Shown: positions 54,439 through 62,154 of the stretch, in pieces
Numbering within the stretch: the stretch's first letter is position 1
How the letters are laid out: every line of letters starts with the position of its first letter
Assembly: GCA_000437915.1 (NCBI GenBank)
Contig: FR901000.1
Location: 37,235 to 101,234, forward strand
DNA: 64,000 nt
Reading direction: 5' to 3'
Source of the DNA: Subdoligranulum sp. CAG:314
GTDB lineage: Bacteria > Bacillota > Clostridia > Christensenellales > CAG-314
Position numbers and translations under genes: made by a program
Notes under the pieces: model-generated
Told to the model about the DNA's origin: nothing
Databases searched by the model: none
Seen by the model: only the letters and a program-made list of their open reading frames with translations

Positions 54439-56751
54439 TTACTTTCTGCCGTATTTTTGTTGAAGCCTTTTGAGAGCCTGTTCGAGCCCCGCTTCTTCCT
54501 TTGCCTTGCGCTCCTGCCTGATTGCCTTGAAATCGCGCCGCTTGTCGTCCTTTGCGCGCGGCTTCCTCTCCTCCTTTGGCTTTTTGCCGAAGGGATTCAA
54601 CGAGGTTTTCATGGTCAAACTGATTTTGTTCTTTTTCACGTCTACGTCCAACACCTTGACGTGCACCGTTTCGCCCACACTGAGTATGTCCGACGGGTGC
54701 TTGATGTATCCGTCCGCTATCTGACTGATGTGCACGAGTCCGTCCTGATGCACGCCTATGTCCACAAACACGCCGAAATCTATGACGTTGCGCACAACGC
54801 CGTCAAGCTCCATACCGGGCTTCAAGTCCTTTATGTCAAGCAAATCGCTCCTTAAAACGGGAGTGGGCAGACTGTCTCTTATGTCGCGGCCGGGCTTCAA
54901 CAATTCGTTTACAATATCGTCGAGGGTAAACTCTCCCACTCCGACCAGCTCCGCCACCTTTTGTCTGCCTTCCTTTTCTATCAGAGCGGGCAGCTCCTTC
55001 AATCCGCCAGACTTCACGTCGTCCACACTGAGTCCGAAGTGGGCAAGAAGCTTCTCCACCGCTCCGTAAGCCTCGGGATGCACCGCCGTATTGTCCAGCA
55101 CGTTTTCGCCCTGAGGTATGCGCAAAAAGCCCGCGCATTGCTCGAATGCCTTGGCGCCGAGCTTGTTCACCTTCAAAAGCTGACTTCTGTCGGTAAACGG
55201 AGCCGTCTTTCTGTATTCCGCTATGTTCTTGGCAATAGCCGAATTAAGTCCCGCGACGTAGCTTAAAAGACTCGGACTTGCGGTGTTGAGGTCGACGCCC
55301 ACGCTGTTGACGCAGTCTTCCACCACGCCTTCAAGCACCTCCGTAAGCCGTTTCTGCGGCATATCGTGCTGATACTGTCCGACCCCTATGCTCTTCACGT
55401 CTATTTTAATCAGCTCCGCGAGAGGGTCTTGGAGCCTGCGCGCTATCGAAACCGCGCTGCGGATGGAAACGTCGAATTCGGGAAACTCCTGCGCGCCCAG
55501 CTTGCTGGCTGAATAAACCGAGGCCCCCGCCTCGTTGACTACGGCGTAGCTCAACCTTGCGTCGCACTCTTTGATTAACTCGGCGACAAAAATCTCCGCC
55601 TCCTTGCTCGCCGTGCCGTTTCCGATTGAAATCACGTCCACGCCGTGCTTTTTTATCATGGCTTTCAGCTTGGCTTTCGCCTCCTCGACGCGGTTTTGCG
55701 GCGGCGTGGGATAAACCACTCCCGTGTCCAGCACGTTGCCCGACGGGTCGATTACCGCGATTTTGCAGCCCGTTCTGTATGCGGGGTCTACCGCAAGTAT
55801 GGTCTTGCCTTTGAGCGGAGGCTGCATGAGCAGCGGACGCAGATTCACCTCGAACATTTTGATTGCCTGTTCGTTAGCCATGTCGGTCAGCTCGTTTCTG
55901 ACCTCGCGTTCTATGGAGGGGAAAATCAGCCTGTCGTAGGCGTCCTCCGCCGTAGCCTCCAAAATTCCTCTGAAAATGCTGTCGCCCTTTACGTGGGCGG
56001 CCTTCACCTTTGCAAGCGCGGCTTCCCTGTCCTCCACTATACCGACCTTCAAGCACTCCTCTTTTTCGCCGCGATTTATCGCAAGCACCCTGTGCGCGGG
56101 AATTTTGGCGATTTTCTCGCTGTGGTCGGCGTACATTTCGTATACGCGTCCCTCTTCCTTTTCGGGGTTGATTTGCTTGGTGGATATATCCGCCTCGTTT
56201 TTGAGAAACTCTCTGAGCGACTTTCTCAGCTCGGCGTCGTCGGAAATCATTTCCGCTATTATGTCCGCAGCGCCTTTGAGAGCCTGTTCGGAGTTTTCCA
56301 CTCCCTTTTCGGCGTTTACGAAAGGAGCGGCCAACTCCGATATATCCCCTTCCGTCGTCTGCTGCGCGTATATAAGGTCGGCAAGAGGTTGAAGCCCCTT
56401 TTCTATCGCGACGGACGCGCGCGTCTTTTTCTTCTGCTTGAAGGGACGGTACACGTCCTCCACTTCGGTAAGCGTCTGCGCGCGTTCCAAAGCCGCCGCC
56501 ACCTCGTCGGTCATTTTTCCCTGCTCGGTGACGGAGTTGAAAACCTCCTCCTTGCGCTTGGCAAGATTGCGCAGATAAGTAAGCCTGTCCGCGAACTCTC
56601 TCAACACCTGGTCGTCGCAGGAGTTGTGCATTTCCTTCCTGTAACGCGCTATAAAGGGAATTGTGTTTCCCTCGTCAATCAGCGATATTATATTTTCGCT
56701 GTGAATTTCCTGCAAATTAAATTCGGCTGCCAATTGTTTTGCTAATTCCAT
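54439..56751 (-). CDS. tex: Tex-like transcription accessory protein (S1 domain)
   Basis: TIPFIARYRKE, a YqgF/RNase H-like centre, HhH repeats and a C-terminal S1 (GVVRNVIDFGVFVDIG). Start trimmed to MELAKQLAAEF. Confidence 0.9.
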   Translation of the reverse strand: MELAKQLAAEFNLQEIHSENIISLIDEGNTIPFIARYRKEMHNSCDDQVLREFADRLTYLRNLAKRKEEVFNSVTEQGKMTDEVAAALERAQTLTEVEDVYRPFKQKKKTRASVAIEKGLQPLADLIYAQQTTEGDISELAAPFVNAEKGVENSEQALKGAADIIAEMISDDAELRKSLREFLKNEADISTKQINPEKEEGRVYEMYADHSEKIAKIPAHRVLAINRGEKEECLKVGIVEDREAALAKVKAAHVKGDSIFRGILEATAEDAYDRLIFPSIEREVRNELTDMANEQAIKMFEVNLRPLLMQPPLKGKTILAVDPAYRTGCKIAVIDPSGNVLDTGVVYPTPPQNRVEEAKAKLKAMIKKHGVDVISIGNGTASKEAEIFVAELIKECDARLSYAVVNEAGASVYSASKLGAQEFPEFDVSIRSAVSIARRLQDPLAELIKIDVKSIGVGQYQHDMPQKRLTEVLEGVVEDCVNSVGVDLNTASPSLLSYVAGLNSAIAKNIAEYRKTAPFTDRSQLLKVNKLGAKAFEQCAGFLRIPQGENVLDNTAVHPEAYGAVEKLLAHFGLSVDDVKSGGLKELPALIEKEGRQKVAELVGVGEFTLDDIVNELLKPGRDIRDSLPTPVLRSDLLDIKDLKPGMELDGVVRNVIDFGVFVDIGVHQDGLVHISQIADGYIKHPSDILSVGETVHVKVLDVDVKKNKISLTMKTSLNPFGKKPKEERKPRAKDDKRRDFKAIRQERKAKEEAGLEQALKRLQQKYGRK

Positions 56752-56786
56752 ATCGTCTCCGTAGAAGGGCATTGCGCCCGACAAAG

Positions 56787-56815
56787 ATATTATCACGTTT
56801 CGGGATTTTAGTCAA
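56787..56815 (-). promoter_or_regulatory. tex promoter
   Basis: The minus strand reads TTGACT-17nt-TGATAATAT (extended -10). Confidence 0.45.
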
Positions 56816-56846
56816 AGAAAAACGGGGCGGATAAAAAACGCGGAAA

Positions 56847-56908
56847 AATAAAATTAAGAGAACCGTCCGGCATTGGCGCGCCGAAAACCGCATTCTCTTA
56901 ATTTTATT
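56847..56908 (-). terminator. 16-bp perfect inverted repeat (30-nt loop), terminator-like on the minus strand
   Basis: AATAAAATTAAGAGAA (56847-56862) and TTCTCTTAATTTTATT (56893-56908). On the minus strand it is followed by TTTTCCGCGTTTTTT. Confidence 0.5.
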
Positions 56909-57158
56909 AAGGAGGGTGTTATGAAAATGTAACTAAACTGTTACTGGCCTGCAAGATAAGCCGAAACTGAAAAAAGAACTTATCTTACGTGAGATATGAT
57001 AAATTGCGTAAGTGACGCGAAAATGAGAAAGTCAAGAATTGTCAAAGAATATTTTATAACATAATTAAAATAAATATGCCACTTTCCTCGAAAATGTCGA
57101 TTTAACCGACAAAAATCTTTAAAATCATGCTTTTTTGTGAAAACTGCCTGCTTTTACT

Positions 57159-57189
57159 GCCGATTTTTGAATTTTCACGCCGATTTTTG
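57159..57189. repeat. two 11-nt direct repeats, GCCGATTTTTG, with a 20-nt period
   Basis: Copies at 57159-57169 and 57179-57189. They are interleaved with TTGTGAAAA (57135, 57194) and the inverted TTTTCAC (57172). Confidence 0.85.
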
Positions 57190-57226
57190 CGGTTTGTGAA
57201 AATAATTCATATTTTGCATATTTCCG

Positions 57227-57235
57227 CCCCCCCCC
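57227..57235. repeat. C9 (G9 on the minus strand) homopolymer tract
   Basis: Nine consecutive C, 40 nt downstream of the cwlD-like stop codon. Confidence 0.9.
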
Positions 57236-57274
57236 TAATCGTAATTTTCAAGCGATGAATAAAAATAAACGACG

Positions 57275-57973
57275 TCAGGGCAAATTGCCGGAATACATAT
57301 ACATCATCGCCCCCTCGAAAATAATCTTGGTCAGCTGCGCCTGATACTCCTTGTCGGAAAGCTTTCTTTCGTCCTCCGCGTTGGACAAAAAGCCGCACTC
57401 GACAATGACGCTCGGACTTTCGGTGCATTTGAGTATAAAATAATCGCCGCTTAGCGCGGAATGGGAATTGCCGGTAAATTTGTTGAGCGCGTTTTGCAGA
57501 GAAACGGCAAGCGCCTCTCCCGCGCACCCCTTTTCCAGAAAAAAGACCTGAGGACCGCTGCGCGACGGAGAGGAATACTTGTTCATATGGATTGAAATAA
57601 CCATATCGGGCTTGCTCTGTTCTATGATTTCCCTTCTCTTTTCCATATCGCGGCGCTTGAAACCGCTTGTCGCCGTGCCGTACAGACCGTCCTTGGTTTT
57701 TCGCGTCATGACTACGGTTATGCCGCAGCTTTCAAAATGCTCCTTCAAAAGCCGCGAAACGGAAAGGTTGAGGTCACTCTCCTTTACTCCCGTATTGACT
57801 CCGGTAACTCCCCCGTCCACTCCGCCGTGCCCCGCGTCGATGCACACGGTAAACCGCTGATACACGTCCAGCGCGTCTCCGTCCTCTCTCAGACAAAGCA
57901 GCAGCGCGTTGAGCGCCAGCAAAAGACCGACAAGCAAAAAAGCAATCCAAAAATAAGTTTTCTCTTTTCGCAT
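57275..57973 (-). CDS. cwlD: N-acetylmuramoyl-L-alanine amidase, CwlD-like (Amidase_3)
   Basis: N-terminal TM, IDAGHGGVDGG, ISIHMN and ECGFLSN motifs. At 232 aa it is the size of germination-specific CwlD. Confidence 0.8.
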   Translation of the reverse strand: MRKEKTYFWIAFLLVGLLLALNALLLCLREDGDALDVYQRFTVCIDAGHGGVDGGVTGVNTGVKESDLNLSVSRLLKEHFESCGITVVMTRKTKDGLYGTATSGFKRRDMEKRREIIEQSKPDMVISIHMNKYSSPSRSGPQVFFLEKGCAGEALAVSLQNALNKFTGNSHSALSGDYFILKCTESPSVIVECGFLSNAEDERKLSDKEYQAQLTKIIFEGAMMYMYSGNLP

Positions 57974-58037
57974 TTAAAACCTCTGACGGGCGGAAAAATG
58001 ACCGAAAACGGCAAAAAACAGCCGATTTTTAGTAGGT

Positions 58038-58090
58038 TATACACTTTTCCACAGAGTTATCCACAATTTCACTTTGTCCTGTGTGGACAA
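58038..58090. promoter_or_regulatory. DnaA-box cluster (one perfect box, two boxes with one mismatch, one weaker)
   Basis: TTATACACT (58038), TTTTCCACA (58045-58053), TTATCCACA (58057-58065, perfect) and TGTGGACAA (58082-58090, complement TTGTCCACA). Confidence 0.6.
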
Positions 58091-58235
58091 GTTGTTTCAT
58101 AACCGTCGTGAAACCGCGGCTGCTCCGCAGAAGAAAAATCGGAATTATTTTTTCATTATTTTTTGTCGGACAATCCGCCTGTTAAAGAATATGAAACGCT
58201 AAAAAGTTTTATACTTTTTAGCCCCTTTGCGCACG

Positions 58236-58261
58236 AAAAAAAACTCCGCCCAAAGGCGGAG
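58236..58261 (-). terminator. intrinsic terminator after pepT
   Basis: CTCCGCC/GGCGGAG stem followed by T8 on the minus strand. Confidence 0.7.
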
Positions 58262-58341
58262 CAAAAAAGCCGCATACTTTTTCCGTCCCGCTGCAATGCC
58301 GCGGATACGGTACAAGAAAAATATTTATTCGGTTTAAAAAA

Positions 58342-59565
58342 TCATTTGTCGGACTTTGCGTACAGGCGCACTATGCCCAGCAAAATTTCCACCGTTTTTT
58401 CCATGGACTGCACGGGAATATATTCCTTAAGCCCGTGAAAATTGTGTCCGCCCGTACAGAGGTTGGGGCAGGGCAGCCCTCTGAAAGAAAGCTGCGCTCC
58501 GTCGGTGCCGCCGCGTATGGGGACGACGACGGGCTTTACTCCCGCGTTTTCCATAGACTTTTTCGCGTTTTCTATCAGGTGCATATGCGGCAAAATCTTT
58601 TCGCGCATATTGCGGTAGCTGTCCTTCAAGACAAGCTCCGCCGTTCCGTCGCCGTAAGCGTCGTTTATTTCGCGGCAGGCTTTTTGGACAAACTGCTTTT
58701 TAGCCGAAAATTTTTCGGCGTCGTGGTCGCGTATTATGCAGACGAGCTTAGCGCTTTCCATAGTCGCGTTCAACTCGTCGAAATGGAAAAAGCCCTCGTA
58801 GCCCTCCGTTTTTGCGGGAGTCTGTTCGACGGGAAATTTGGATACAAGCTCGTTGGCAATTAGCAGAGCGTTTTTCATCTTGCCCTTGGCGTCGCCGGGA
58901 TGTATGCTCACGCCCTTTATCCTGATTTCCGCCTGCGCGGCGTTGAAATTCTCGTATTCCAGCTCGCCGAGCGCGCCGCCGTCAACGGTATAGGCGTATT
59001 TGCAGCCGAAGCCCTCTATGTCAAGCAGAGCCGCGCCGTGACCTATTTCCTCGTCCGGAGTGAACGCCACCCCTATTTCGCCGTGTTCTATGCTTTTGTC
59101 GCAAAGCAGGATTTCGCACAGCTCCATAATCTCCGCTATGCCCGCCTTGTCGTCCGCGCCGAGCAGAGTATCCCCCGACGAGGTGATTATATCCTGCCCG
59201 ATATAGTTTGAAAGGTGGCAAAACTCCTCCGGGCGTATACTCACGCCGTTTCCTATTTCAAGCGTCCCGCCGTCGTAATTTTCAAAGACGCGGGGCTTGA
59301 CTCCCGTCCCCGACACGGCGGGCGCGGTGTCAAGATGCGCGATAAAGCCTATTTTGGGTATATCCCTCTTTACGTTTGACGGAATCCGCGCGTAAACGTA
59401 TGCGTTGTCGGTAATTTTTACGTCCTCCGCGCCCATGCCGCGCAGCTCGTCGCAAAGCATTTCCGCAAATACGCGCTGCTTGTCGGTGCTTGGCGTCTTG
59501 GGGGAATCGGGCTCGGACGCAGTGTCCGTCGCGGCGTAACGAAGAAATCTCTCTTTTACCTTCAT
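58342..59565 (-). CDS. pepT: peptidase T (tripeptide aminopeptidase, M20B)
   Basis: MKVKERFLRYAATDTASEPDS..., GFIAHLDTAP, GADDKAGIAEI, PDEEIG. Start trimmed to 59565. Confidence 0.92.
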   Translation of the reverse strand: MKVKERFLRYAATDTASEPDSPKTPSTDKQRVFAEMLCDELRGMGAEDVKITDNAYVYARIPSNVKRDIPKIGFIAHLDTAPAVSGTGVKPRVFENYDGGTLEIGNGVSIRPEEFCHLSNYIGQDIITSSGDTLLGADDKAGIAEIMELCEILLCDKSIEHGEIGVAFTPDEEIGHGAALLDIEGFGCKYAYTVDGGALGELEYENFNAAQAEIRIKGVSIHPGDAKGKMKNALLIANELVSKFPVEQTPAKTEGYEGFFHFDELNATMESAKLVCIIRDHDAEKFSAKKQFVQKACREINDAYGDGTAELVLKDSYRNMREKILPHMHLIENAKKSMENAGVKPVVVPIRGGTDGAQLSFRGLPCPNLCTGGHNFHGLKEYIPVQSMEKTVEILLGIVRLYAKSDK

Positions 59566-59635
59566 ATAAAACTCCTGTCGATTGAAAAGATTATAGCACA
59601 AACCGAGCGCAAATTAAAGTTTTTTTTCGCAAGAC

Positions 59636-59665
59636 TTATTATTTTTTTGCATAATATGGTATAAT
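59636..59665 (+). promoter_or_regulatory. extended -10 promoter placing the TSS at the DUF3810 ATG (leaderless candidate)
   Basis: TGGTATAAT ends 6 nt before the ATG at 59672. There is no SD. Confidence 0.4.
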
Positions 59666-59671
59666 AGTCGT

Positions 59672-60898
59672 ATGTCAGACAAAAAATCGGAAAACCGCGG
59701 CGAAACGAGCGCCCGAAAGCCCGTCAAACTCAAAGGTTGGCTAATCGCGCTGTGCGTGTGCGTAATTGCACTCGTCGTTTTATGCGTGCTCAAAACAAAC
59801 ACCTCCGTATGCGAATTTTTGGCGCGCACCTTTTCCCGAGCATGGGTATGGTTTTTCTCCCACATTTTCGGGTGGCTGCCCATAAGCATGTACGAGCTGT
59901 TGATTTTGGCGGCGGTTGCGGGAGCGGTCTTTTCAATCGTTCGCATAATAATAAATCTCAAACGCAAAGAGGGCTTACGCGCCCTGCGCGTGGCGGTAAT
60001 TGTAGCCGTTGCCTGCACGGGCTTCGCCTCCGTCTACACCGCCACTGCTTCCGTATGCTACAACCGCAATTATATTCCGCTCGGGCAGGAAAACTTTACG
60101 GTAAGCGACGAGACGCTTTTCGACGCCTGCGAATACTACGTGACAAAGCTCAACGAGGTGAGCGCGCGGCTTAAAAGAGACTCGGACGGAATTGTGGAAA
60201 ACCCCTACACAACCAAAGAGTTGGGCGACATACTGCAAAACGATTTCCGCTGTCTAGACGAATTCGACGGATTTTTCAGCCCCTACACCCCGCAGGCAAA
60301 GGGAATGGCGTCAAGCTTTTTCATGAGCGCGCTCTCCCTGACGGGCATAACCTTCGTGCCCTTCGGCGAGCCGAACGTAAACACTCAGAATCCCGCCTGC
60401 GACCTGCCGCATACCATGGCGCACGAAATGGCGCATTCCAAAGGCGTAATGCGGGAGTACGAAGCCAACATAGTTGCAAATTACGTATGCCTCAAAAGCT
60501 CCGACGACTTTGTTCTGTACAGCGGACTTACACACACCGTCTACGACTTGCTGAGCCTGTACGTCACGCAGACGGGGGACAGCGAGGGGCAGGACGCTTT
60601 TTACGATATGATCGACGACGCTATAAGCACGGAAAGATATTCCGTATTTTTGTTTTGGACAAAGCAATCGAGCTTTTTTTCGGGTATTTCAGAATGGTTC
60701 AACAATCTGTACTTAAAGCTCAACGGGCAGTCCGACGGCACAGGCAGCTACAAGGAGCCGCCCGTAGTAACGGAGCCGTCTCCTCCTTCGGACACGCCGG
60801 GCAACGAGCCTGCTCCTCCCGAGCCTTCAACACCTACCGTAGTTTCCTACACTCAGACGCAAAGAATCATGCTGGAACTGTTTTTGGCGCAAAAATAA
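59672..60898 (+). CDS. DUF3810-like membrane-anchored zinc-metalloprotease-motif protein
   Basis: N-terminal TM helices and HTMAHEMAHSKGVMREYEANIVA (HExxH...E). The C-terminus is Pro/Thr/Ser-rich. Confidence 0.8.
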   Translation: MSDKKSENRGETSARKPVKLKGWLIALCVCVIALVVLCVLKTNTSVCEFLARTFSRAWVWFFSHIFGWLPISMYELLILAAVAGAVFSIVRIIINLKRKEGLRALRVAVIVAVACTGFASVYTATASVCYNRNYIPLGQENFTVSDETLFDACEYYVTKLNEVSARLKRDSDGIVENPYTTKELGDILQNDFRCLDEFDGFFSPYTPQAKGMASSFFMSALSLTGITFVPFGEPNVNTQNPACDLPHTMAHEMAHSKGVMREYEANIVANYVCLKSSDDFVLYSGLTHTVYDLLSLYVTQTGDSEGQDAFYDMIDDAISTERYSVFLFWTKQSSFFSGISEWFNNLYLKLNGQSDGTGSYKEPPVVTEPSPPSDTPGNEPAPPEPSTPTVVSYTQTQRIMLELFLAQK

Positions 60899-60920
60899 AA
60901 CGGGCTTCCGCCCGTTTTTT
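60899..60920. terminator. bidirectional terminator
   Basis: AACGGGC-TTCC-GCCCGTT with flanking A and T runs. Confidence 0.6.
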
Positions 60921-62096
60921 TCATTGACTTTTTTCAATTGCGTCCCGCTCCGTCTCAATCGCCCCTTCCGCATTTTGCGTTTCGGATTGCGCAGGCTCTC
61001 CCGTTTCCGCAACGGGAGGACGGCGTCTGTTGGCGCGCGCGTTCTGTATTTTTCTTTTGAGAGGCGTAAAAACAATTACGCACAGCCCGATTAGAAGAAT
61101 GGAATAATAGCTCAAAACGCGCCACAGCATGGTCACCCAGAAAGTGGATTGCAGCCCCGCGAACACGGCGTAAAATCCCACCTCCGCCGCGCCCGTGTTG
61201 CCAGGAGTGGGTATAAACGTAACCGAGCAATAGGTAAAAATGGTCAGGCAAAGCATTTCCAGCCAATTGACGGACATACCGCTTGCTCTTACCACGAAAT
61301 AAGCTATCATGCAGTTGCTGCAAGTCATAAGCCAGCCGAGCAAAACTCCGATAAGAAGAATATACCACTTTTTAAGCAGCTGCTTGAAGGAATCTCTGTA
61401 TTCGTCAAGGCTTGCGGCGGTTTTTTCCAGCGTTGCGTCCACGTCTTTGACAAGCCTCATTTTGTGTCCGAGCTTAACGAAAAAGCGCAGAATTTTGAGA
61501 GTGGTTTCCCGAAATACCGAAAAAAGAACAACTATGGCGGGCACAATCAAATAGCAAAAGGCTCCGAAGCCCGCCAGATAGAGGACGGGCGTCGCCAGCG
61601 GAAGGGAATGCGGTATGCAGGCGTAAACGACGAACATACTGATTGCAAAGCAAACGTATCCCACCTGATAGACTATCATGCCCGACAGGGGTATGGAGGT
61701 TGCGGGACCTATCGGTATTTTTTTCTGTGTGGACAGATAAACTATCTGAAAAGGCTGACCGCCCGAGCCGAGCGGCGTGATAAAGTCGTAATATTTGCCT
61801 AGAATCGCCGTTTTCAACGCTGTCATAGGCATCCAGCGCCCGGCAAAGCTTCTTATGAAAATCAGATACTTCAAGGACTCGAAAAGTATATAGCACAAAA
61901 CACAGCACAGCGCGTAAACAAGAAATCTGTAATTCGCCGCCCAGGTCACGAAAATTTCCTTGTCTAATATCTGTTCTTCCTTGCCGTGAATTTCATGCAG
62001 AATTATCCCCGCGAGCACGAGGATATTGAATGCGATAAGCGCAAGCGTAAACCACAGCTTTTTTCTGCTTTTCGCCGGCTTTGCGGTTTCCGTCAA
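60921..62096 (-). CDS. YbhN/UPF0104 (lysylphosphatidylglycerol-synthase TM-region-like) flippase-like membrane protein
   Basis: ILGKYYDFITPLGSGGQPFQIVYL motif and about 8 TM helices; 391 aa. Confidence 0.8.
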   Translation of the reverse strand: MTETAKPAKSRKKLWFTLALIAFNILVLAGIILHEIHGKEEQILDKEIFVTWAANYRFLVYALCCVLCYILFESLKYLIFIRSFAGRWMPMTALKTAILGKYYDFITPLGSGGQPFQIVYLSTQKKIPIGPATSIPLSGMIVYQVGYVCFAISMFVVYACIPHSLPLATPVLYLAGFGAFCYLIVPAIVVLFSVFRETTLKILRFFVKLGHKMRLVKDVDATLEKTAASLDEYRDSFKQLLKKWYILLIGVLLGWLMTCSNCMIAYFVVRASGMSVNWLEMLCLTIFTYCSVTFIPTPGNTGAAEVGFYAVFAGLQSTFWVTMLWRVLSYYSILLIGLCVIVFTPLKRKIQNARANRRRPPVAETGEPAQSETQNAEGAIETERDAIEKSQ

Positions 62097-62154
62097 ATTT
62101 AATTCCTTCCCGATAAAAATATTTTTTTATTATATCACCGCCGCCGCGATTTGT

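Noticed and set aside
56909-56932. A perfect SD (AAGGAGG) followed by the 3-codon mini-ORF ATG AAA ATG TAA on the plus strand.
   Set aside because: There is no downstream plus-strand gene for it to regulate (the next plus-strand gene is 2.7 kb away). It probably reflects chance or a relic. It is mentioned within the spacer finding only.
56797-57274. tmRNA, RNase P RNA or 6S RNA in the cwlD-tex spacer.
   Set aside because: GAGGAAAGTGG and the G9 run superficially resemble RNase P and tmRNA starts, but the diagnostic sequences (GGAAAGUCCGGGC; GGAUUCGAC and a tag ORF) are absent, and the region is far too AT-rich.
58038-58170. The DnaA-box cluster plus the adjacent AT-rich tract as the chromosomal origin (oriC).
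   Set aside because: There is no dnaA, dnaN or rpmH nearby. Gene orientation does not flip here (pepT, the YbhN-like gene and the MMPL gene to the right are still on the minus strand). Only two TAG trios are present. It cannot be fully excluded without genome-wide GC skew, so it is kept as a DnaA-box-cluster finding instead.
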